From Mustelus asterias (taxonomy: Eukaryota): a stretch of 64,000 nucleotides of DNA. Where the stretch lies: contig NW_027590117.1 of assembly GCF_964213995.1 (NCBI RefSeq), forward strand, positions 4,030,001 to 4,094,000. Direction: 5' to 3'. Positions 38,120 to 49,499 of the stretch are shown piece after piece. Position numbers and translations under genes: made by a program. The notes under the pieces are model-generated. The model did no database searches, had not been told where the DNA came from, and worked only from the letters and a program-made list of their open reading frames with translations. The first letter of the stretch is position 1. Every line of letters begins with the position of its first letter.

Positions 38120-39352
38120 ATTGGTTGCATCCTTGGACATACGCATCTCCATCAAGGACGGTCACCTCAGCACTTCACTGTACCACAAGCACATGGATAA
38201 CCTCATGATGCTCCACTTCTCCAGCTTCCATCCTATACACGTTAAAGAAGCCGTCCCCTGTGGACAAGCCCTCTGTATACACAGGATCTGCTCAGATGAG
38301 GAGTATTGCAACAGACACCGACAGACGCTGAAAGATGCCCTCATAACAACAGGATATGGTGCTCGACTCATTGACCGACAGTTCCGATGTGCCACAGAAG
38401 ACAAACACAGGACATGATAGACAGAGTACCCTTCATTGTCCAATCCTTCCCCAGAGCGGAGAAGCTACGACATCTTCTCCGGAGCCTTCAACATGTCAAG
38501 TATGAAGACGAACATCTCGCCAAGGCCATCCCCACACCCTCACTTCTCGCCTTCAAACAATCGCATAACCTCAAACAGACCATTGTCTGCAGCAAATTAC
38601 CCAGCATTCAGGAGAACATTGACCACGACACCACACAACCCTGCCACAGCAACCTCGGTAAATGTGCCGGATCATTGACACTGATGCCATCATCTCACAT
38701 GAGAACACCATCCACCACGTACACCGTACATATTCTTGCGAGTTGGCCAATGTTGTCTACCTGACACGCTGCAGGAAAGGATGTCCCAAGGCATGGCACA
38801 TTGGAGAGACTATGCAGACACTATGACAACGGATGAATGAACACCGCTCAACAATCGCCAGGCAGGAGTGCTTCCTTCCTGTTGGGGTACACTTCAGCAG
38901 TCATGGGCATTCAACCTCTGATCTTCGAGTAAGCGTTCTCCAAGGTGGCCTTCACGACACATGACAACGCAGAATCACTGAGCAGAAACTGATAGCCAAG
39001 TTCCGCACACATGAGGACGGCCTCAACCGGGACCTTGGGATCATGTCACACTATCTGTAACCCCCACAACTTGCCTGGGCAAAATATCAATAACTGTCCT
39101 GGCTGGAGACAATACACACCTCTTTAACCAGTGCTTGGCCCTCTCTCCACTTACACTGTCTGTAATTTTAAGACTTGATTACCTGTAAAGACTCGCATTC
39201 TTACCATTATCTTGTAAATTGAGTTTGTGCCTGTATGTGCCCTGTTTGTGAACACAGCTTCTCACTCACCTGAAGGAGCCTGAGACTCCAAAAGCTTGTG
39301 CTGCCAAATAAACCTGTTGGACTTTAACCTGGTGTTGTGAGACTTCTTACTG
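38120..39352 (+). mobile_element. 5'-truncated Penelope-like element (RT C-terminus, GIY-YIG, pLTR)
   Basis: Homologous to 11830-13095; LDIRISIKDGHLSTSLY; pLTR end with damaged hammerhead at ~39268-39300. Confidence 0.88.
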
Positions 39353-40475
39353 TCTGAGCTCCGTCAGCGACAACGTGAGATGGAGCCGGCGACTCACTTC
39401 CCTGTAACTTGCGTGGAGGAGACATCACATTTATTCACGTTCCTTCAATAATTTGTCTGTGGAAACAAAGTATATTTTAAAATTCAAGTACAGGTGAGAG
39501 AGAAGATACAGATTCCGGCAGTTTAATCTCTATTAATAATCATTGTGAGCGGTTTGTGAGGCTGCAGCCAGACTCGAGCTCTGATTGGTCACTCACATTT
39601 CAATCAGATTCGTAACCAACCGGAGAGCCAGGGAGAAGAAATGGGAGGTTTTGATTGGTTCACATTTTCAAATTGGAAAAGCCCGCCAATTTCAGTGCAG
39701 GAAAAATACAAAATAACGGAACGCCTGAATGTTCAGGAAACTATTTCAATCTCACACTTTATAATCTGTTTATTGTATTTTCCGCCACAGAATCCTGGCG
39801 CTATTTTAGGAACAGTTTGAATTTCTCAATCTCTTATCTGTAACCGGCGGTAATCAGACCCCGTTCAGCAATTTAAAACGGAGCAAATCTCAGCTCAGTG
39901 GAAAAGCAGAAACATAGAGATCACCAACCAACCCCTTCACACAGGCTTCACAGGGACAGAGGGAAACGGCTGATTTCTGATCCTATCCCCTGAAAGCGGC
40001 CGGGAATGTTACAATGGGAAGTGCGGAGAGAATCCCCGGCCCGATCCCGCCGGTGGAACAGGCAGCTTTGTGTCTGGAGAATAGGGAGCGCCGGGGGGAG
40101 GCAGATCTTAAAGCGCTGCAATGGACTCAGGTCCTGTGTGTGCAGAAATCTCTCTGATTCCGTCAATGGCGCAAATGATGAAATTGTTGATTAACAACTG
40201 AAATCAGAACCTGGGTTCCAGATATTAACTATTAATAAAAAGCAGCAACTTGCATGCATTAAAATACTGCCTGTGACAATACTGTCGTAATGTGGATGGT
40301 GTATTCGCCTGATGAATTCCTCTGTATCTGCTGCGAGACTGATGGGGTCTATTTACTATCGCACACAGGGGGAACTACGGATTGATAAAACAAAGCGGGA
40401 AACAGCTGTGCTGTGAATAGCACCGCAGCATCTGAGGGACAGACAATAGATCGCCCTTTTCCAGAAAAAGTGAGT

Positions 40476-40491
40476 GGCTCTGAAAAGAGCC
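40476..40491 (-). terminator. Histone stem-loop (H2A copy 2)
   Basis: Reverse complement GGCTCTTTTCAGAGCC. Confidence 0.95.
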
Positions 40492-40522
40492 TTTGGGGTT
40501 ATCAGATTAAAGAATGGCCGCT

Positions 40523-40972
<450 letters not shown>

Positions 40973-41392
40973 TTATAGCTCCGGGAGGAATGGAGGTGCG
41001 GACATTGCTGATTGGTCACTTTGTTGCTGCCTCTCAGCATCTTGTTCATATGACCAATCAGAAATCTGCTTAACTCACCAATCCGGAGAGCCCACGGAGT
41101 GAGGGCGGAAAATAACGGCGCCAAAATCTCAGATTCGAACCGATTTCATTTCAAACTGTAAAAGCCACCAAAGCGGAAAGAACAAGAGTTTCGAAAATTA
41201 TACGAATAGGTAATGGTTAATTAATTTTGAGTAATGTAAGAATCTCCCTTTCTCTCCTTCCCCAGTCTATAGTTAACCTGTATCTGGCAGTTTCTGATTT
41301 TCAGCCTGGGCTTTTCGGAAAATAAGTCGAAAATAACAAACCGTTGCTGATCGTGAAATCTGAATTCAAATTTCCTTTCCTTTACCCCAATT

Positions 41393-42018
41393 CCGTCGGG
41401 ACCTGGGGTGGAGGGTGATGCATGCAGCAGTTCCGCACAACCGTAGGATTCACTGGTTCACGGGCTCCGAAGACTGCCCTTTCTTCGGCCTTGTGGAGTC
41501 CGTGGACCATGTCTATGTTGTGTGTCTTAGGCTGCACTCCCTTTATGTTTTCCTAAAGAACCTTTTGTTGATGTTTTGTTTGCACTTCAGTCCCACGCTC
41601 CTGATCTCCGGACACCCGGTGCGGAGAGGGGAGGGTCGGATGGCGACCTCCTCGTGAACCTGCTCCTGGGCCTGGCGAAACGCGCCATTTACCGGGCCAG
41701 GCTGCGGGCGATCGAGGGGGCCGTCCATCCTGACTGTCTTCCCCTCTACCGCGGCTACGTTCGCGGCCAGGTGTCCCTGGAGAGGGAGCATGCGGTGTCC
41801 ACGGGCGAGGTTGACGCTTTCCGCGCCCGCTGGGTACCGCAGGGGTTGGGGTGCATTATTGGCCCTAATAATCACATTTTAATTTTATGTTTTTAAGTTT
41901 CCTTTGTACTTTGATTTCTGTTCGGGCTGTTCCCCCTCCTTTTTGGGGAGCTGCCCCTTTTACTTTGTCCTGATTTAATCTGAGTTTGTTTACTTGGTTT
42001 GGTTTGACCTAAAAAGAG
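41393..42018 (+). mobile_element. Tx1/L1-clade LINE 3' fragment
   Basis: DLGWRVMHAAVP..CPF..ESVDHVY..C (zinc-binding region), LLLGLAKRAIY..FRARW; T-rich 3' UTR ending aaaaagag. Confidence 0.75.
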
Positions 42019-42812
42019 GACAACACCTACATTTAAAAAAAATCTCCCTTTCTCTCCTTCCCCAGTCTATAGTTAACCTGTATCTGGCAGTTTCGGATTT
42101 TCAGCCTGGACTTTTCGGAAAATAAGTCGAAAATAACAAAATTTTCACTATTCATTTTTGAAAAGTTCGCAGATGTATTTATAAAACAAGAAATACATTT
42201 CAAATAAAATCTCTCAATAATTAACTGTTGAACAACAAAGTGTTTAAAACATCAGTATCTGTTTGCACCATTTCACATTTTATCCCAAGTTGCAGATTTG
42301 CTTTTAGAATCCTGGATCCATTCGGGGTTAATCTCGGCCCTTTTTAAAACTCTCGAACTCGCCGCCAGAAAGTCTCATTGACATCGTTCTGTAAACGGAC
42401 GGGATGTTCTCCATATTCGTGAGAATCAAGAGGGGAGTGAACATTTTCGGTGTAAATTGACCAGTGCCGAGACTGAGGTTCCTGCACAATCGGGGCTGAT
42501 AGGGAATAAACTGATCGATTATCAAGACCAAACTGGAACAGAATTGGAAGCTGACACATTTGCTCCATTCGCTCTCTCTCTCTCTCTCTAAAGTCGGGGA
42601 AACGGGCCTCTGAGATCTAAGTGCGGAGGCGGTCGGAAACCAATTAATTAATTAATGAAACATTATTAATCAGACGCTGGGCGATCAACTTGCATTACTC
42701 AGTACCTATCATTGATCAACAGTAAAAACAATTAGATTGTTCGAGACGCTTCAGAGTGAAAGATTAATTGAAACTAAATGGATGATACAGCTTTTTCAGG
42801 GAGATTGTGAGT

Positions 42813-42828
42813 GGCTCTTAAAAGAGCC
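42813..42828 (-). terminator. Histone stem-loop (H2B copy 1)
   Basis: Reverse complement GGCTCTTTTAAGAGCC. Confidence 0.95.
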
Positions 42829-42862
42829 GTTGTGTTTGGGATGTTTTTCAGTCCATGGGGTT

Positions 42863-43237
42863 TTACTTGGAGCTGGTGTACTTAGTCACCGCCTTTGTCC
42901 CTTCCGACACGGCGTGCTTGGCCAGTTCCCCGGGCAGCAGCAGGCGCACGGCGGTCTGGATCTCCCGGGAGCTGATGGTGCTGCGCTTGTTGTAATGGGC
43001 CAGGCGGGAAGCCTCACCCGCGATGCGCTCGAAAATATCGTTCACGAACGAGTTCATGATGCTCATGGCCTTGGAGGAGATGCCGGTGTCGGGGTGAACC
43101 TGCTTCATCACTTTGTAGATGTAGATGGAGTAACTCTCCTTCCTCGACTTTCGCCGCTTCTTCCCGCCCTTTATTACCGGTTTCTTAATCACTTTCTTCG
43201 CCCCCTTCTTAGGAGCTGCTTTCTTCTCATCCACCAT
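42863..43237 (-). CDS. H2B: Histone H2B, copy 1 (124 aa)
   Basis: [39 protein letters not shown]; octamer-like ATTAGCAT and CATAAAA upstream. Confidence 0.98.
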   Translation of the reverse strand: MVDEKKAAPKKGAKKVIKKPVIKGGKKRRKSRKESYSIYIYKVMKQVHPDTGISSKAMSIMNSFVNDIFERIAGEASRLAHYNKRSTISSREIQTAVRLLLPGELAKHAVSEGTKAVTKYTSSK

Positions 43238-43423
43238 TGTCACAGTTAATTTCAGACACAGAATCACTGAGTCGCGCTCGGAACTCCTCTTTTATGGATC
43301 AAAGCAGAGGCCTATGCTAATGAAGGATTGCTGAAAGCCCTGTTCCCCATTGGCTCATTCACAATGATGTCAATTCGTGACGCTCTCTCTCTGATTGGTT
43401 AGTTCAGATACACAAACACATAG

Positions 43424-43748
43424 TTTTTTTTATACTTTTCCAATTCAATCAAATCTAATTCAGAGTCTCAACAAGTTGAGACATTTCAGATCCAGGCTGA
43501 CAAGACAGGACGGGAGACCAAAACCACCCTGTCCTGGGCCTGATCGACATGAGTCAAGCTGATTGGAGAAGGGGGAGGATCCTCCTCCAAGACTTGAGCT
43601 CATTTGCATCTTAGCCAAAAGGCCGAGATGCCGCTTTTAAAAATTGCTTCATATGAAACATATGAAGCCTCAGCGTAACCTAATGACCTCAACCAAGTGC
43701 AGGCAATCCATACTACACTTGATCTGAGCCAAAAGGCCGAGAAGCGAT
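43424..43748 (-). mobile_element. U2 snRNA-headed, structured, A-tailed SINE-like element (copy 1)
   Basis: 43748-43710 equals U2 nt 1-39 (one mismatch); internal U2 nt 7-27 at 43628-43608; several hairpins; A8 tail. Confidence 0.8.
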
Positions 43749-45071
43749 GTGGATTTGAGCAGCAACCAGCCTGTTGTCAATCCGTCCTTTCCCCTTGTCC
43801 GCCCCGATCCACCCAATCCCCTGACTCTCTCACTCCCTCTGCCGCACCAGCGCATTCTCTCTGCTGCTAATTCCACATCACTCTATCAGACTGCTGATAC
43901 TGTTCATACATTTCCCCTTCCTCACCAGCACCAACTGCTCTGCTTTACTTCCGCCCATCACCGGGAGCTGGCAGTGTACAATATCTGGGCGTGTGGAAGG
44001 GGAATAAGTTTGATGAGCAACAGCCACATTGACATTGTTGCTAAAACAAAAAGCTGATTGCAAGAAGGAGTGGAATCAGAATTGGATATTACTGGCTACA
44101 AGCCTTGATACGGTTCCACACCAGAGGCAAATAAAGAAAATGAGAGCACGTGGAATGGTGGGGGCTGGGTGGGTGGGTGGGTGGCTGGGTGGGCGGGCGG
44201 GGGGGGGGGGGGGGGCTGGGGGAGAGAATGTCCTGGAATAGACTGAGAACGAGCTGATGGACAGAAAACTGAGAGTCGGAACAAATGGGTCATTTTCAAG
44301 TTAGCAGACTATGACAAGTGGGCTACCACAAGGATCAGTGTTTGGGCCACTGCTTTCTACAATCTGTGTATCAATGATTTGGGATTAAAGGTAATATTTC
44401 CAAATTGGTAGCTGTCACAAACAAGGTGGATGTGTGAGTTGTGAGAAGGAGGCAAAGACTCTTTGTGTGTATTTGAAGAGGCTGAGCGAATGGGCAACAA
44501 TTTTGCAGATAGAAGCAATGCGGAGAGATATGAGGAGATTTAATCATTAAATATGTTCATGAGTGAGATTGATAGATTTCTACATATCAAAAACATCAAG
44601 GGTTACGGGGATAGTTCAGGAAAATGGTGTTGAAGTGGAAAATCAGTCATGATTTCACTGTATGGCAATGTAGACTCGAAGAGCCGAATGGCCGACACTT
44701 GCTCCAATTTCTTATCTTCTAATTATGTTTTAGCATGGTCATCATTCTGTGACTGTAATTAACGATAAATGAGTACAAGGTACTTCTTGTATCCTGTCAC
44801 AATATGACTGTGGCTTTAAAAATAGAACAGAGCATGTCCATAGCTAGTGACTGACCTCCTATTTTCCAACAGACTTTCCACAATTGAATTCCACATTTAG
44901 GTAAGGGATGGAATACTCTCCACTCACTGGTCAGTGCACCTCCAACAACACCAAAGAATCTCAGAAACAAATCTAGTTTTTGGTTTCACTTGCAAACCAT
45001 TCACCAGCTTCAGCATTTACTCCCTCAACCATTCATACACAGTGTGCACCATTTGTGAAGTACACTGCAAG

Positions 45072-45405
45072 AACGGGCGACACAATGGTTAGAGAGCTGC
45101 CTCACAATGCCAGGGACCCAGGTTCGTTTCCGGCCTCGGACGCCTGTCTTTGTGGAGGTTGCATATTCTCCCCTTATCTGCATGGGTTTTCTCCAAGTGC
45201 ACTGGTTTCCTCCCACAGTTCAAAGTTGTGCAGGTTATTCGGATTGGCCATGTTAATTGCCCCTTGGTACCCCAAGATGTGTAGTTAGGGGATGTAGCCG
45301 TGGTAAATTTGTGGGGTTATGGGGATAGGGCCTGGGTAAAATGTTGAGTCAGTGCAGACTTGATGGGTCAAATGACATTCTTCTGCACTGGAGGGATCCT
45401 ATTCT
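45072..45405 (+). mobile_element. HE1-like V-SINE, diverged
   Basis: tRNA-like head, V domain, CR1-like tail. Confidence 0.65.
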
Positions 45406-47689
45406 AAATCAGTGAGGCTGAGTGTGGGACTGAAATAGCATCTCACTATTTCATGTACAGAATGCGATTAATTATGCGCCTGTAAGTATTGGGTACAGTA
45501 TGTGAAACAAAATGTGTATTTGTCTGTTGATTGCCAGCTTGCATGTGTGAGATTGGCTGAACATAATTTTGTGACTCATGCACAATATCAGTCTCCACTG
45601 TGTGTGTTAATATGGGGTAAATTCTGCTCATGCCAGTGTCTTGAATTGAATGGGAGTTTGATTTCAGTTCTGCAGGCATGTGTCATTGAGTAACTGCATA
45701 AGTGTCTGAATCATACTGTATGCATCGGTCTCTGGTACAACATTTGGTGTGCTTTTCTGTCTGTCTGTGATGTTGTGTGTGAATGCAGGGTTCATTCTAT
45801 GGATGCTACTTGTGATACTGTGTGAGAGTGGACTTCATTTTGCTTCACTGTTTCTCAAAACAAAAGTTTGAATGTAGGTATCATTCTGTAGTTGTCATTC
45901 TCTAGTATGTTTTGGAATTCCTTGTTCTTCCATCTGTCTCTAGAGAGTTTGAGAAAGTAGGATTAATTTTACATCTGTGATTCTCTGATTATCCATGTGG
46001 GTGTAGGAATCAATCTTTATCCATGTGTCTCTTGCGTTGTGTTGAAGTGTGGGATACTTCTGTACTTTAAGGTGACATGTATCTCAGACATTGTGATAAA
46101 CACTACATGCTAAAATTATAATGTGTTGATATTTGTTCATCTTTCAATTTATTTTTTCATGTAGATTTCCAGTACATTTGACTGTCCCTGTTTATATTCA
46201 GCAGCTGTGTGTGAGTATTCAATTTGTAATTCTGTGAATGGTAACAATTGGATACATAACCTGGGAAGCAATTCCTGCAATTGGAAGCAAAGGAATTGCT
46301 GTTACATCTTTCTGTCTTACTCATATTGAGCTTTTTTGGATTCATTTACATATTTATCAGGTAATTAATTGTAATTTATTCAGTATTGTACAATTATCTT
46401 TTGTCTGTCTGAGCGAAGAATTGTTACTTAATGTGTGATCAAGGTGACACCGTGTTTTATATCTGTGAGTGGATGAATTTGTTTTATTCCTGTGATATAT
46501 ACCTGTCAAGATAAAAGATAAGAAAATGTAGATGTACAAAAGGACTAAAAATGTTAACATGCAGGTCCAGATGGCAATTAGGAAGGCTAATGATATGTTG
46601 GACGTTATTGCAAAAGGTTTTGAGTACAGCAGAAGTGAAGCCTTACTTTAATTGTATAGCAGCTTAGTTAGACGGCACCTGGAGAACTGTGTGTAGTTTT
46701 GGTCCCCTTACCTTAGGAAGGATAATTATTTTGTGATAGAAAGTGTAACAAAGGTTCACCAAACTTGTTCCAAAGATCAGAGAGGCATCTACATCGGTAC
46801 AGACTTGGTGGGCTAAAGGATCTGTTTCTGTTCTGTATTGTTCTTTGTTCTTTGCATCCCTATAGTGGGGGAGGATATTTATGCCATCTAGTCTGCACTG
46901 ACTCAGCATCTTACATTTTCCCACACAACCCCCTCCCACACTATCCAAATAACCCACAAACCATTGAATCTGCACAAGCTGGAACACAAAGGAACATGCA
47001 ACCTGTGACCATCACCCTCTGCTTTATGCCACTACGAAAGTTTTTGATGCAATTTTCCAAATTATACTGGATCACATGGGCTCATATCTTCTTGACCAGT
47101 CTCCCATTGTCAAATGCCTTACTGAAGTCCATGTGGACGACATCAACTCACTGCCCTGACCTACAAGGCTAGACAACTCCCCAAAAAATTCAATCTAATT
47201 TGTTAGACATGATCTCCCCCGAACAAAGCCATGCTGACTATCCTTGATTAATCCTTGCCTCTGCAAATGGAGATTAATTTTGACCCTCACAATTTTTCTC
47301 AATAGTTCCCCTTACACTGATTTCAGACTTTAAACAACTGCATTGTGTCCTTGTCACCTCAAGTACATCTCCACTCTCCAACACTACAATGACTTCCCTG
47401 GTCAGTATTGTCATCCCACCTCTCCTGTTCTCTTATCTATCTCTTTCTGAACACAATTCTTGAATATTCAGCACCCTGTCTTCACTCTTTAAGCCACATT
47501 TCTGTCATTGCCTTCGCATCAGATTCCCACATTTCTCTTGGTCCTTCAAGCTCATCAACCTTATTTATCACACTTTGTGTTTACATACATTGGAAACCTG
47601 TCTTGACATTCTTCATAGTACTTGTTTGTCTCCTTCTATCCAACATGGTATTACTTCATTCTCCTGTATTATCCATCACTCTCCCTCCT

Positions 47690-48680
47690 TTCTGCCCTTA
47701 TTCCTTTCTGCTACTTTTATATGTATCACAACCTCTATCCTATCACCCTCCTCTTTCAGGATGTCCTGCAGCGATTCAGTGACATCCCTGACACTGGCCA
47801 GAGAGATAACACACCATCCTGAAGTCAAATCCTTGGCCACAGAAATGCTTGTCTGCACTACTGACTGATGAATTCCCTATCACTATTGCTCTTCCTGTCT
47901 TCTTCTTCCCCACCTGTTCAAGCAAGATGCTTGTGGTGCCAGAATCTTGGCTCTGACTGCACTCCTCTGGGGTGCTGACCAGCACCCTCATCTGCATCCA
48001 AAATGGAAGACATGTTCGTGACTAGGATCCCAGGGGACTCCTGCAGTACCCGTTTGGGTGGCAGGGTGACAAAGTGGTTCGCATGGCTGCCTCACAGCAT
48101 GAGGGACCCGGCTTCAAGTCTGGCCTTGGATGGCTGTTTGTGTGGAGTTTGCACATTCTCCCGGTTTATGTGTGGGTTTCCTCCTGGTGCTCTGGTTACC
48201 TCCCACAGTCCAAAAATGTGCAGGTTAGGTGGATTGACCATGCTAAATTGCCCTTTAGTGCCCCAAGATGTGTAGGTTAGAGAGATTGGCAGCGTAAATA
48301 CCTGGGGTTATGGGGATAGGGGCTGGGTAGGATGGTTATTGGTGCAGGCTCGATGGGCTGAATGGCCCCCTTCTGCACTGTAGGGATTCAATAATTCTAT
48401 TCTATGATTCCACATGCCTGTTCTTCCTGGACTGCTCAGTGGTCACCCATTCCCTTCTTTCCTCTAGTACCTTGAGCTCTGCTGTGACCATCTCTCTAAA
48501 TGTGCTGTCCATATAACTCTCAGCCTCTCAAATGCATCACAGTCTGTCCAGCTGCTCCTCAAGGTCCGAAACCTGGAGCTCCAGTTTCTGCAGCTGGGAA
48601 CACTTCCTGCACATGTGGTCATTCAAGACACTGGCCGCATCCAAGACTCCCCACATGAGACAAACCACACATTCTACTCA
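47690..48680 (-). mobile_element. CR1 ORF1 fragment split by a HE1-like SINE (~48055-48410, +)
   Basis: GRAIVIGNS..FCG..RMVC esterase-like remnants; SINE V domain. Confidence 0.6.
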
Positions 48681-48737
48681 GCTGTCTTCACCTGACGTGT
48701 CTTCAATGTAAAATTTACACCTTATACTAGAACAAAT

Positions 48738-49427
48738 CAGATGTCGTGATGCCGGCATTGGACTGGGGTGGGCACGGTAAGAAGTCTCACAACACCAGGT
48801 TCAAGTCGAACAGGTTTATTTGGTAGCACGAGCTTTCGGAGCACTTCTCCTTCCTCAGGTGAGTGGAGAATTGGGTTCACAAACAGAGCATATATTTTTT
48901 TTATACTTTTCCAATTCAATCAAATCAAATCCAATTCAGAGTCTCAACAAGTTGAGACATTTCAGATCCAGGCTGACAAGACAGGGCGAGCGACCAAATC
49001 ACCCTGTCCTGGGCCTGATCTACATGAGCCAAGCTGATTGGAGAAGGGGGAGGTTCCTCCTCCAAGACTTGAGCTCATTTGCATCTTAGCCAAAAGGCTG
49101 AGATGCCGCTTTTAAAAAATTGCTTCATATGAAACACACGAAGCTTCAGTGCAACCCAATGACCTCAACCAAGCGCAGCCGACCATACTACACCTGATCT
49201 CAGCCAAAAGGCCAAGAATGAATCAGCTCATCAGCTGACTATTACATCACTCTGTGATTGGTTCCATGCTTTGTTGGGTCAGCTGACCCTTACATCTTGT
49301 TCCCATTGGTCACATTACATCCAATCAAAGTTGTCCCCGGTTACACTCCAACAAGGAGCAGCGTGCTGAAAGCTCATGCCACCAAAAAATCCAGATGGAC
49401 TTTAACCTGGTATTGTGAGACTACTTG
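48738..49427. mobile_element. Non-autonomous Penelope-derived element with inverted pLTR ends, 11-bp TSD and nested U2-headed element
   Basis: ctagaacaaat at 48727-48737 and 49428-49438; hammerhead cacCTGAGGAaggagaagtgctccGAAAgctcgtg on - strand ~48827-48861. Confidence 0.75.
48895..49218 (-). mobile_element. U2 snRNA-headed SINE-like element (copy 2, lacks first 5 nt)
   Basis: Collinear with 43424-43748 over its whole length. Confidence 0.8.
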
Positions 49428-49499
49428 CTAGAACAAATAAAGATAATATATAATAATTTTCCCAATAAATAACATGCTTCGTTTAGCTTCAGCTAAATA

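Noticed and set aside
43710-43748. Functional U2 snRNA gene
   Set aside because: Only nt 1-39 match; the rest of U2 is absent and the element ends in an A tail
44156-44223. G-quadruplex-like G-rich tract
   Set aside because: Low-complexity expansion within a decayed CR1 fragment; nothing indicates function
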